From: an uncultured delta proteobacterium
Lineage (GTDB): Bacteria > Desulfobacterota > BSN033 > UBA1163
DNA: 64,000 nucleotides
NCBI GenBank assembly: GCA_963708295.1
Contig: CAVPSJ010000004.1
Span: forward strand, 768,001-832,000
Direction: 5' to 3'
Part shown: positions 30,383 through 40,600 of the stretch, piece by piece
Layout: the number at the start of each line of letters is the position of its first letter
Numbering within the stretch: position 1 is the stretch's first letter
Program-made: the position numbers and the translations under genes
The notes under the pieces: model-generated
Database searches by the model: none
What the model was told of the DNA's origin: nothing
What the model saw: only the letters and a program-made list of their open reading frames with translations

Positions 30383-30434
30383 AAGTGATATTTATTGGCG
30401 ATGGAGTCAATTTCAATGAATTGAGGAGGAGGGT

Positions 30435-31337
30435 ATGGAGCAAGGGGAAAAAACAGTCGATGGGTTTCGGTTTCTTCCGCCCGGGTTAGCTGCGTGGATT
30501 CGAAGATTCATTCCTGACGAAGAATTCAAAGGATTCATTCCCTGGACACCCATGGCCAAACCCTTGAGCCAGACGACGCTTGCTTTGGTGACCAGTGCTG
30601 GGATCAGTTTAAAGACAGATCCTCCTTTTGATATGGGAAGGGAAAAAAGGGAAGCCATCTGGGGTGATCGGTCTTATCGAGCGATACCGAGAGGGACAAC
30701 CGAAAAGGATATCGAAGTGAATCACCTCCATATCAATACGAACTACATCAAACGGGATATCAATGTTATCCTCCCCATGGCTCGAATGGCTGAATTTGAG
30801 GAAGAGAAAATTATCGGCCGCCTTGCGCCCACTGCTTACTCATTTTATGGATTCCAGTGGCAGAATACCGATTTCTTAAAGGAAGCCATCGAACCCATTT
30901 CCAGAAAGATGAAACTTGAAGGGGTCGAGTCAGTCCTTATGACTCCGGCCTGACCTTTCTGCTGTCAGTCGGTCGGACTGGCTGCGAGATTCTTAGAAGA
31001 GGCCGGTTTTTCAACCGTTGTCCTCACACCTACCTATGAATTTCATCGGGCAGTAGGGATTCCGAGATCGGCGGCGATCGAATATCCTTATGGTAGGCCA
31101 GTGGGTGAAGTGGGAGACAGGGAAGGTCAGAGGAAAGTTCTTCTGAAAACTCTTCAAGTACTTGAAAAAGCCGAGCAACCCGGAGAGGTCTGGCATCTTC
31201 CGTTTATCTGGCAGGAAGAACCCAAGAAGACAGATTGGCAACCCCCCGAGATGTCTCCTCTCATCAAGTTCTATTTGGAAGATATTAAGAAAGCCAGAAG
31301 AGAACAGGAAGAACGAGCAGCGAAAACGAAGGATTGA
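30435..31337 (+). CDS. PrdB/GrdB-family (glycine/proline reductase selenoprotein B-like) selenoprotein, 300 aa, Sec at codon 173
   Basis: ALVTSAG, D.SYRAIP and DINVILP motifs. TGA at 30951-53 is followed by an open frame PFCCQSVGLAARFLEEAGFSTVVLT...PRSAAIEYPYGRP that runs into ORF 31101..31337 in the same frame. U-P-F-C motif; SECIS-like hairpin; SD GAGGAGG. Confidence 0.88.
30964..30982 (+). promoter_or_regulatory. Bacterial SECIS-like hairpin
   Basis: GTCAGTC-GGTCG-GACTGGC: a 7-bp stem with a G-led loop, starting 10 nt after the in-frame UGA. Confidence 0.72.
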
Positions 31338-31556
31338 TTTTGGAGAGAGTGTCAAATCAGGTTCCGGCTAGTTATTTCACCTACTCCTAATTTCAATATA
31401 ACTCCGGCAGCTAACAATTACGGGTAGAAACATGAACAATAAGAAAAGAAAGAACAGTGCTTTCCTTAATCGAAATCCTTGACCATCTCCCGCTTTTCGG
31501 ATCCAGAAAGTTTTATATAACTGCCGGGTAAAATGTTCTATTTAACTTTATCTAAT

Positions 31557-32045
31557 CTATTTTTTCGCTGTTTTTTTATATCTCTGTTGGGATTGTTTTA
31601 TTATTCGAATAGCTGATTCACGATCCTCCCAGCCCTCTACTCCGATTTTTTTCTCCTCCAGCTCCTTGTAGATTGAGAAAAAATGCTCTATTTCTTTCAA
31701 TAGATGCGGAGTGACATCGGAGAGGGACTCTATATGATTCCAAAGTGGGTCGTAAAGAGGAACACAGAGAATTTTTTCATCTGGCCCTTTTTCATCCCGC
31801 ATCTTGAACAATCCCACCGGTTTTGCATCAATGATACAACCTGGGAAGGTGGGTTCCCAGACCAACACAAGAGCGTCAAGAGCATCTCCGTCCAGTGCTA
31901 ACGTTTTCTGGATAAAGCCATAATCAGTTGGGTAATGCACCGGGGAAAAAAGCATTCGATCGAACTTAAGTGTCTTTTTCCCTTTGTCATATTCATATTT
32001 ATTTCGACTCCCTTTAGGGATTTCGATCATGACACTTACAATCAT
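31557..32045 (-). CDS. ppa: Family I inorganic pyrophosphatase
   Basis: IEIPKGSRNKYE, YPTDYGF, DGDALD, DEKGPDEKIL, HFFSIYKELE. Confidence 0.95.
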   Translation of the reverse strand: MIVSVMIEIPKGSRNKYEYDKGKKTLKFDRMLFSPVHYPTDYGFIQKTLALDGDALDALVLVWEPTFPGCIIDAKPVGLFKMRDEKGPDEKILCVPLYDPLWNHIESLSDVTPHLLKEIEHFFSIYKELEEKKIGVEGWEDRESAIRIIKQSQQRYKKTAKK

Positions 32046-32218
32046 CTAGATCTCCTTCTTAAGGAATTTGCAAATAAAAGCTGCTCGTCCTATTCTACTT
32101 TCTCTGGGAAAGGTCAAGTTGAAATCTACACGCTTTCATGAAACCTGTCAACAACGACTTCAGGAACACAACGACTTGAGGAAGTAGTCTAGTATGGCGA
32201 GATAGATGGGATTCAAGT

Positions 32219-32981
32219 CTATTTTTTGAAGAGGATATCACCGTAATAGGCGGTGGCGGACTCGCCGGTGTTGTCGGTGTCGGTCATGATGGCAATGCCT
32301 GAGATCATCGGCGGTTCTTGGCCAAAAGCCTTCTTATAGTCCTCAAAGATGTTTCTTTCTTCGTTGACCCATTGATTGAGTTTAGACGGTCCACTTTCCA
32401 CCACAAACATCATGACCCGATCGGTAAAGGGGTTGGGGACCATTGTCCCAATGGGAGATTTGCTTTCCCAGATATAGTTAATTGCAGCCAGAGGTGGGTA
32501 CTCCCCGTATAGCAATCGGATGGCTTCGTATTTCGCTTTTTGAAGAAAGCTCAATTTGGAGGGATCGTATTCAAAAGTGATATAAATTCTGGCCGGGTAG
32601 TCGTCACCCTCCTTTCGGTGTACATCACCCTTTTTCAGGATGTTCATCACTTTCCAACGCCATTGCACGACTGGATATTCTTTGGGATTGATCTTAATCT
32701 CCCGGGTCAGGCCGGAGGCCGAAGCCTCTGCCACAGCCTTGATGACCACGGTATTGTCGTCCTTGACGAGTGTATAAGTTGTATGCTTTTCGATCTTCTT
32801 AAAAGCAAGGGGTTTCCAGCCAGTCGGGAAGGCCCTGGCCTACTGTTGCCGCAGAGAACTTCCCAACTTCAATGATATTCTGCAGTTGAGCGGAGGCGCT
32901 CCTAGAAAAATTGAACAAGGCGATCACCAAGGCTGGAACCACAACCGCAACAGCGATATGAAGTTTTGGGCGCAGATTCAT
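32219..32981 (-). CDS. DUF3047-domain secreted protein (one +1 frameshift near 32823)
   Basis: Signal peptide in 32799..32981 continues as (G)WKPLAF...WRWKV...GDDYPARIY...IAIMTDTDNTG in 32219..32749. Confidence 0.8.
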
Positions 32982-33060
32982 TTCTCGTCTGATGTGAGGA
33001 AGGTCTTTCTACCCATTTTACTTAGGCGTGGATTCACATTCAAGAAGTATCTTTTGGATT

Positions 33061-33204
33061 ACAAGTCAGTCCATCATGTCCGGACATCGGCCCTCTAATC
33101 CCTCCTCTCCTCCCTTTGCAAAAGGGAGGAACTTCCCCTCGTTGGCAAAGAGGGGGCAGGGGAGATTCTCTGAACGATGTCTTCTCAAATAATGGACCCT
33201 TAGT
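33061..33204. mobile_element. MITE/REP element, GTCCAT-AT terminal family
   Basis: Right end ATGTCTTCTCAAATAATGGACCCTTAGT is related to the 61589 element. Interior has CTCCCTTTGCAAAAGGGAG and CCCCTC..GAGGGG hairpins. Confidence 0.55.
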
Positions 33205-33313
33205 CAGGCATTGTCCCGCGTTGAGAATGATACACAGGCATGGTGCTGAATGGCGTCGTGTGGGAATATCTAAGACATAAACGCATTTCTTGATGAGGAG
33301 ACAGGTGAAATCG

Positions 33314-33351
33314 AAAAAAGCGGGGGTCCGATGAAGTCGATCCCCCGCTTT
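33314..33351 (-). terminator. Intrinsic terminator after msrAB
   Basis: Minus strand AAAGCGGGGG-loop-CCCCCGCTTTTTT. Confidence 0.75.
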
Positions 33352-33356
33352 GGAAT

Positions 33357-34487
33357 TTACTTCTTAATGAAAAGCTTTGAATACTCCCCGTAGCCCTCCT
33401 TTTCCAAATCCTCCTTGGGGATGAACCTCAGGGCTGCGGAATTCATGCAATAACGAAGCCCTGTGGGCGGTGGCCCGTCGTTAAATACATGGCCGAGGTG
33501 CGAATCGCCATGCTTGCTCCTTACCTCGATGCGCTTCATGAAAAAGCTTCTGTCTTCCTTCTCAACGATGTTGTTCGGGCTCAAGAGGTCTTGTAAAGCT
33601 CGGCCATCCCGTCCCCGAATCGAACTTATCCAAAGAACTGAATAGAGGCTCACCGGAGACGATATCCACGTAGATTCCTTCCTTATGGTTATCCCAGTAC
33701 TCATTTTGGAAGGGCTCTCTCCGTTCCGTTTTTCTGGGTCACCTCGTATTGAAGGGAAGTCAATTTCTTTTTCAAGGTTGCATCATCAGGTTTCTGATAG
33801 GATTTTTCTTCTTTGGGTTTCACGGTCTCCATTTGCTTTCCCCATGTCTTCTCCAAGAACTGGTCACGACCAGACCCGTATCGGTAAAATTTGTATTTGA
33901 GTGAATGGGTCTTGTAGTAATCTTGATGGTAATCTTCTGCTTCATAGAATTTGGTGAATTTAAGGATCTCTGTGACAATCGGTTTATTGAACTTTCCGGA
34001 TTTGCTCAGCGCTTCCTTTGACTTCTCCGCTAATCGCTTCTGGTCTTCGTCATGATAAAAGATGACGCTTCGGTATTGGGCGCCTCGATCTACAAACTGC
34101 CCGCCTGCATCTGTGGGATCGACATGTTTCCAGAAGTAGTCGAGCAATTCCTCATAGGTAATCTTTGAGGGGTCATAATAGACTTGCACGGCTTCGACAT
34201 GGCCGGTCGTTCCGGAAGATACCTCCGCATAGGTCGGGTTCTCCTTGTTCCCACCGGTATAACCCGATATCACCTTCACCACTCCAGGTAGTTTCTCGAA
34301 ATCAGATTCCGTGCACCAGAAACAGCCACCGGCAAATGTGGCTTTCCGCAGGTTCATCTCTTCCTTTGCCGTATCCGTCTTCATCTCCCTTCTGAACAGC
34401 TTCGGAGCGTTGGTTTCCCATCATGAAAAATAATACCACTCCAATTATGAAAAACAGGCCCATTCCAATATATAATAAAGTCTTCAT
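33357..34487 (-). CDS. msrAB: Exported bifunctional methionine sulfoxide reductase MsrA-MsrB (three +1 frameshifts)
   Basis: N-terminal TM/signal, then [21 protein letters not shown] (MsrA). Across the frames come GTER(P)[25 protein letters not shown] and [23 protein letters not shown] (MsrB). Confidence 0.9.
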
Positions 34488-34569
34488 AAACTTCACCTCC
34501 GTTTTCTATCCCTTGGCCGATCATCTTCTGGCTTTATTCTGCCATCCGAACGGCTATCAGGTTTTTCAA

Positions 34570-35728
34570 TCAAATGATAATCACGAATGCCGGGAATTCA
34601 ATAAAGAAGATGTAAAGAGCTGTGTAAAGATTATGTAAAGATCTTCGTGAGGTTGGAAGGTCTACAGCAGGGAGGGAAAACCAGATCCGGGTTTCGTCTT
34701 CAGAAATCTCGGCTCCAACATGTCCATCGTGAGCCTCGATCAACTCTTTCACGATGGCCAGACCGATGCCAGCACCACCATGCTCACGGGATCGCGATTT
34801 CTCACCCCGGTAGAATCGTTCAAAGATGAAAGGAAGATCTTTTTGAGAGAGTTCTCCACCTGTATTGGCGAAGACGACCTTCATCTCCCCTGAGGCTTGC
34901 TCAGTGTAGATTCTGACAAATCCCCCTGTCGGAGTGTACTGACAGGCATTTTGCAAGAGATTGGTCACGACCTGGGATATCTTATCCGGATCAGCGAGAA
35001 CTCTATCCGCACCTTTGCCGAATTGGGTCTCAATCCGAATTTTTTTTGAGTCAAACTGAGGTCGGAAGATGTCGAGTTCCTGAAGGATCAGATCTTTAAT
35101 CCGGACTCTCCGTCTTGTGAAGGTCCATTCGGGCAGCATCTGCCTTGGCCAGCCGTAAGACGTCTTCCACGAGGTGGACCAATCGCATGGTTTCCTCCTG
35201 AAGCAGTTCAAAAGTCTCCTTTGTGGGAGCCGCCACTCCATCTGTCAGAGCTTCGAGATACCCTCTGATGTTGGTTAAAGGGGTCCTGAGTTCATGGGCG
35301 ACGTCAATCATCAACGTCTTTCGAAGGCCTTCGATGCGACGGAGGCTTTCTGCCATCCGGTTGAAAGAGGCGGCGAGTTGTCCCACTTCGTCCCCCGAGA
35401 CAAAAGGGACTTGGCCCGAGTAGTCGCCCGTCGAAATTTTCTGGGCAATCGTCGTCATCTGTCTGAGAGGACCCAATACTTTTCTCATCAGCAAAAAGCT
35501 GAGGACCACAGCCAGGAACAGTGCAGCCAGGCTGGCCCAGATGAGGTATCGATGGACGGCGCTCACAAACATCTGGTGACTTGATGTGGGTGATATATTA
35601 TATTTTTCCATCAAGGCCATGAAATAACCGGCAGCGAGGTAGTCGATCGCCATCCATACAATGACGATGACAGAACCGATGACCAGGATATTTATTCCGA
35701 GGAGTTTCCAGAGAAGGGTTCTTGTCAT
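34570..35728 (-). CDS. HAMP-domain sensor histidine kinase (one +1 frameshift near 35108)
   Basis: Two TM segments, HAMP (DEVGQLAASFNRMA), H-box VAHELRTPL; HATPase NLLQNA, FERFYR and GAGIGLAI in 34570..35241. Confidence 0.9.
34600..34641. promoter_or_regulatory. Four tandem TGTAAAGA-like direct repeats, probable OmpR-family operator for msrAB
   Basis: AATAAAGA (34600) and TGTAAAGA at 34611, 34623 and 34634; 11-12 bp spacing; about 110 bp upstream of the msrAB start. Confidence 0.55.
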
Positions 35729-36456
35729 GAGGATTTCCTCTCCGCAAACTGATATCCGATTCCTCTCACGGTCAAGATATACCGGGGATTGGACGGGTCC
35801 TTCTCGATCTTTTGTCTCAGTTTTCCCATATGAACATCGACGACGCGGCCAATGACGGTGGCTTCGTGACGGGGATAGAGACGATCCAGAAGCTCCTCCC
35901 GGGCGAAGACCTTCCCTGGGGCGGCCATGAGCGTTTGTAACAGCTTGAACTCATGGGGTGTAAGCAGAACAGGGCGCCCCTCCAGAGTCACCTTGTGTTT
36001 TTCGAGATCTAAAGTCAGGTCTTCAAAAGAAAGAACTTTCTCCTGGTTGGCAACCTCCAGCCGCCCTCTCCGAAGAATCGCCTTCACACGGGCAACCAGT
36101 TCCCGGGGGCTGAAAGGTTTCACGACATAATCATCTGCCCCTAAGGTCAATCCGGAGACGCGGTCTATTTCCTCTCCTCGGGCGGTAAGCATCAGGATGG
36201 GAACGTCAGAGGATTGTCTGAGCCGTCTGCACACCTCCCAGCCATCCAGTAGAGGGAGCATCAAATCGAGAATGACAAAGATCGGCCTATGTTGCTCGGC
36301 CAGTTTGAGGGCTTGCTGACCATCGTACGCAATGACGGTCTGAAATCCTTCACGCTCCAAATAAAGCCTTATCAGAGATGCCGTCTTCTTATCATCTTCA
36401 ACAACCAGAATCTTATCCGTCATACAATGAATGATCCTTGTTTCGTGGGAATTCAT
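35725..36456 (-). CDS. OmpR/PhoB-family response regulator
   Basis: LVVEDD, ILDLMLP..DG, GADDYVVKPFSPREL, VDVH..KLR.KIE, TVRGIGY. True start may be ATG 36423. Confidence 0.95.
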   Translation of the reverse strand: MNSHETRIIHCMTDKILVVEDDKKTASLIRLYLEREGFQTVIAYDGQQALKLAEQHRPIFVILDLMLPLLDGWEVCRRLRQSSDVPILMLTARGEEIDRVSGLTLGADDYVVKPFSPRELVARVKAILRRGRLEVANQEKVLSFEDLTLDLEKHKVTLEGRPVLLTPHEFKLLQTLMAAPGKVFAREELLDRLYPRHEATVIGRVVDVHMGKLRQKIEKDPSNPRYILTVRGIGYQFAERKSS

Positions 36457-36865
36457 TTAACATTTTACCACAAATCTTTAGGAGATTTCGGTTAATCAAC
36501 AAGGAAGCATGTCTGTGCTGCCTTCCTGTATCAGGATGCTTACGGCGTCATCGTTTAAGTAAACAGCGGTGATTTATTTGGAACCAAGAGATGGATGGCA
36601 TTGGTGACGATTCTATTTGCCTTGATCAGTGCAGTTGCCGGAATCTATGGCTGGTAAGGAAATTCACGGGTGTGAATGGAATCACCGATCTAAACAAGGA
36701 GATGTTCACTCCGTGACTTATTCGACGAAGGGCGATGCGTTGGGATCAAAAGGATTCAGAGTTTCTAGCGTCCCTTCTGGGGGGTCGCGTGGGTCCAAAT
36801 AACAAATGGATTGAACAATTTAAGGAATCCTGATAACTTAGGAATGAGAAGGAGGGAGAAGGGCA

Positions 36866-37102
36866 ATGATTAAGTTCATCATGGGAGTGATCGTGGGGAT
36901 CCTCCTCTTCTTTTTGTTCATCTACTTCGGGGGCAGTAAGACGATGAAGAAGGTCGGGGAGGAGTTAACGGACACCGGGAAGAAAATGGAGGTCATGGAG
37001 CAGATGATCAAGAAGGAAAAAGGAGAGGTGGAGAGGGATGTGAAGAGAAAAATATTAAAAGAAGATAAGGGAACTACCAAAAAGACAGAAACTCTGCGGT
37101 AA
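36866..37102 (+). CDS. Small single-pass membrane protein with charged helical tail
   Basis: Strong SD AAGGAGG, N-terminal TM segment, K/E-rich coiled tail. Confidence 0.7.
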   Translation: MIKFIMGVIVGILLFFLFIYFGGSKTMKKVGEELTDTGKKMEVMEQMIKKEKGEVERDVKRKILKEDKGTTKKTETLR

Positions 37103-37192
37103 CTGAGCTTGGACTTTCCAGGGCACGCAGTGGCGAGAAGGACGCGAGCAAATGGAATTCTGTTTTATACCCTTCCCCCCGGCCGCGGACGG

Positions 37193-37471
37193 TCAATAAG
37201 TAACAGAGAAGTCTTCAAACTCACCCGTAAAATTTCCCCAGGTTAAATAAACTTTCGTCACCTTTGCTTCAGATGGGCCACGGTGGCACCACTGGATGAT
37301 CTGATCCACTCGTTCCTGATCACCCTCAAAAACGGCCTCTACACAGCCATCCCTGCGGTTCTTGACCCAACCCACTACCCCCAGTTTAAAAGCCATCTCT
37401 TGAGTATGGTGGCGAAAAAAGACTCCTTGGACCCTCCCTTCAATGATAACGTGTACCCTCACCTTATCCAT
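37193..37471 (-). CDS. acyP: Acylphosphatase
   Basis: GRVQGVFFR, GWVKN..DG.VE, GPSEAKV. Confidence 0.93.
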   Translation of the reverse strand: MDKVRVHVIIEGRVQGVFFRHHTQEMAFKLGVVGWVKNRRDGCVEAVFEGDQERVDQIIQWCHRGPSEAKVTKVYLTWGNFTGEFEDFSVTY

Positions 37472-37682
37472 ATCGGTTTGAAGGCTACCACAGGATCGTC
37501 CTAAAATCAATGACCATATCCAGTCTTGCCCACGCCAGTCTTTTTTCTATGGACAGGATAGTTATCAACTGGGGGTGGGCAAGCATATCCAGTCGGACGA
37601 GGGAGAATTAAACTTGAAAAGTCGAACTGGAATCGATTAGAATTCAAGAATTATTTGATTTGAGGGGGTTTGGCATAAGGAA

Positions 37683-40600
37683 ATGAAGTCACTTTATCTG
37701 GGCATTGATATTGGGTCGGTCAGCACCAATACCATTATCATGGATGATCATCGGAATGTGCTGGAGGAGCACTATACGCGTATCAAGGGACAGCCTCTCC
37801 AGACCGTTCAAAAAGTATTGGAAGAGATCCTGCGCCGGATTTCGCATGAACAATTTCATTCTGTCTCTTTCACCGGGACCGGAGGAAAACTTCTCGCTGA
37901 ACTCTTAGGCGGGAATTTTATCAATGAGATTATCGCCCAGGCCAGGGCGGTTCAGTATTTCTATCCACAGGTCAGGACGATCATTGACATGGGAGGTGAG
38001 GATTCCAAGCTGATCTTCATCGAAGAAGAGGAAGATCGCTTTAAAATCAGCGATTTTTCGATGAACACCCTCTGCGCTGCCGGCACCGGATCGTTCCTAG
38101 ACCAGCAGGCTAGCCGATTGGGCCTGACCATTGAGGAATTTGGGCATCTCGCCCTGAAATCAACAAACCCACCTCGGATTGCAGGCCGATGCAGTGTCTT
38201 TGCCAAATCCGATATGATCCATCTTCAACAAATCGCCACCCCGGATTACGATATCGTCGCCGGTCTCTGTTATGCCTTAGCCAGAAATTTCAAGAGTAAC
38301 ATCGGCAAGGGAAAAAAGTTTGTGAAGCCCATCTCCTTCCAGGGAGGAGTGGCAGCCAATGCGGGGATGCGAAAGGCCTTTTTGGATGTACTGGAGGTTT
38401 CCGACGGAGAACTCATCGTTCCAAATCATTTTGCTTCGATGGGGGCCATCGGCGCTGTTTTAGTGGCTCTGGAAGACAAGAAGAGCAGGAAGGAGTGGCT
38501 CGGCCTCAACCGCCTCAATCAATATCTCAACGATCATCGGGAAGAAAAGCCTTCGTTAAAACCCCTTTCTCTTTCGCCCCATCATCTGATCCGGCGAGGG
38601 CAAATCAGCCTTCCCTCCGAGAGTCCGGGCGGAGAGAAGATCGAAGCTTATCTGGGGTTGGATGTCGGATCAATCAGCACCAATCTGGTCGTCATCGACC
38701 GGGAAAAGAAGGTTCTTGCGAAACGCTATCTGATGACTGCAGGCCGGCCGATCGAGGCCGTTCGCGTTGGACTTCAGGAGATCGGTGAGGAGATCGGAGA
38801 CCGCGTGGAGATTAGAGGGGTTGGGACGACTGGCTCCGGGCGTTACCTCACGGCAGATTTTGTGGGAGCGGATCTGGTGCGAAATGAGATCACGGCTCAG
38901 GCCACCGCAGCCATCTATATTGATCCAAAAGTGGATACCATCTTTGAGATTGGCGGACAGGACTCGAAATACATCAGCATCGATAACGGGGTGGTCGTTG
39001 ATTTTGAGATGAATAAGGTCTGCGCCGCCGGGACGGGGTCTTTTCTGGAAGAGCAGGCAGAAAAGCTGGATGTCTCCATCAAGGAAGAATTCGGAGCCCT
39101 TGCCCTCTCTGCCGGGGACCCGGTGAGGATGGGAGAACGGTGCACGGTCTTCATCGAATCCGACCTGGTTCACCACCAACAGAGTGGCGCCCAGAGAGAT
39201 GACCTCATCGCCGGACTCAGTTACTCCATCGTTCAGAATTATCTCAATCGTGTGGTGGGAGACCGGCGTGTCGGGAATCGAATCTTCTTCCAGGGGGGGA
39301 CGGCTTTCAACAAAGGAGTGGTGGCGGCTTTTGAAAAAGTCCTGGATAAGGAGATCATCGTTCCGGAGAATCATGATGTGACCGGGGCGATCGGTGTTGC
39401 TCTCTTGGCCTTGGAAGAGCGGGCATGGGAGCGATCAGGTTTCAAAGGGTTCGACCTGAGTCAGCGGCATTATGAGCAGACGTCTTTTGAATGCAAGGGT
39501 TGCCCCAATCTTTGTCTTATTCGAAAGGTGAGTGTCGAGGGGGAAAAGCCCCTCTTTTACGGAAGCCGATGTGAGAAATACGATGTCATTAAACGGACGA
39601 AGGGCTCGGGGATACCCGATCTTTTTGAAGAAAGAGAGAAGATGCTTCTTGCGCCCTATGAAGGGGAAGAAAAGCTTCCGCCCGATGCTCCGGAGATCGG
39701 TATCCCGCAGATTCTCAATTTCCACGAGATGTTACCCTTCTGGAAGGCCTTCTTCTCGGAGTTGGGTTATCGCGTTGTCCTTTCGGACGTCACGAACAAA
39801 GAGTTGATCCGGAAGGGAGTGGAGAATGTCGTCTCTGAAACCTGTTTCCCCATTAAAGTGAGTCACGGCCATGTCCTCAACCTTTTGGAAAAAGGGGTGA
39901 AGAAGATTTTCCTGCCGAGCATTGTCAATCTTAAACCCTCTCATCTGGAGATTCCAAATAGTTCAGCGTGTCCCTATGCCCAATCCTTCCCCTATGCCGT
40001 CCCTTCTTCCATCGATTTCAAGAAAGCCCATGCGAAAGTTCTTCAACCTATCCTTCACTTCGGTGAGGGAAGGGACTATCTGGAGAAGGAACTGGTTGAT
40101 TTTGGGAGATCCCTCGGCTGCAAACCGAAGGGCATCAAGAGAGCTTATGAGAAGGCCGAGCGATTCCAAGCCAGATTTTATCAATCCCTGCTCAATCGCG
40201 GAAAGCAGGTATTGGATCGGGTTGGACCGAATGAAAAGGTGATGGTCATTGTAGGAAGGCCTTACAATTCCTGCGATTCCGGAGTCAACCTGGAGATTCC
40301 AAAAAAATTGCGGGATCTGGGGGTCCTTGCCATCCCCATGGATTTTCTTCCACTCGAATCGGTGCCAGCCACCGAAGAAATTAAAGAGATGTACTGGCGA
40401 TACGGGCAGAGGATCCTGGCTGCGGGAAAGATCATCAAGGATGACCCGAGGCTCTATGCGGTCTATATCACCAATTTCGGCTGTGGTCCGGATTCCTTCA
40501 TCAACCATTTCTTCAGGGATTTATCGAAAGGGAAACCATACCTACAATTGGAGATTGATGAACACAGTGCTGACGCCGGGGCGATCACGCGGTGCGAGGC

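Noticed and set aside
31374-31540. Minus-strand frame with a lipoprotein-signal-like stretch (RKALFFLFLLFMFLPVIVSC)
   Set aside because: No suitable start codon before the basic region, and it ends 9 residues after the Cys. Probably a remnant or chance.
36500-36657. Short hydrophobic frame ...GDLFGTKRWMALVTILFALISAVAGIYGW*
   Set aside because: No start or SD and an upstream in-frame stop. At most a transporter gene remnant.
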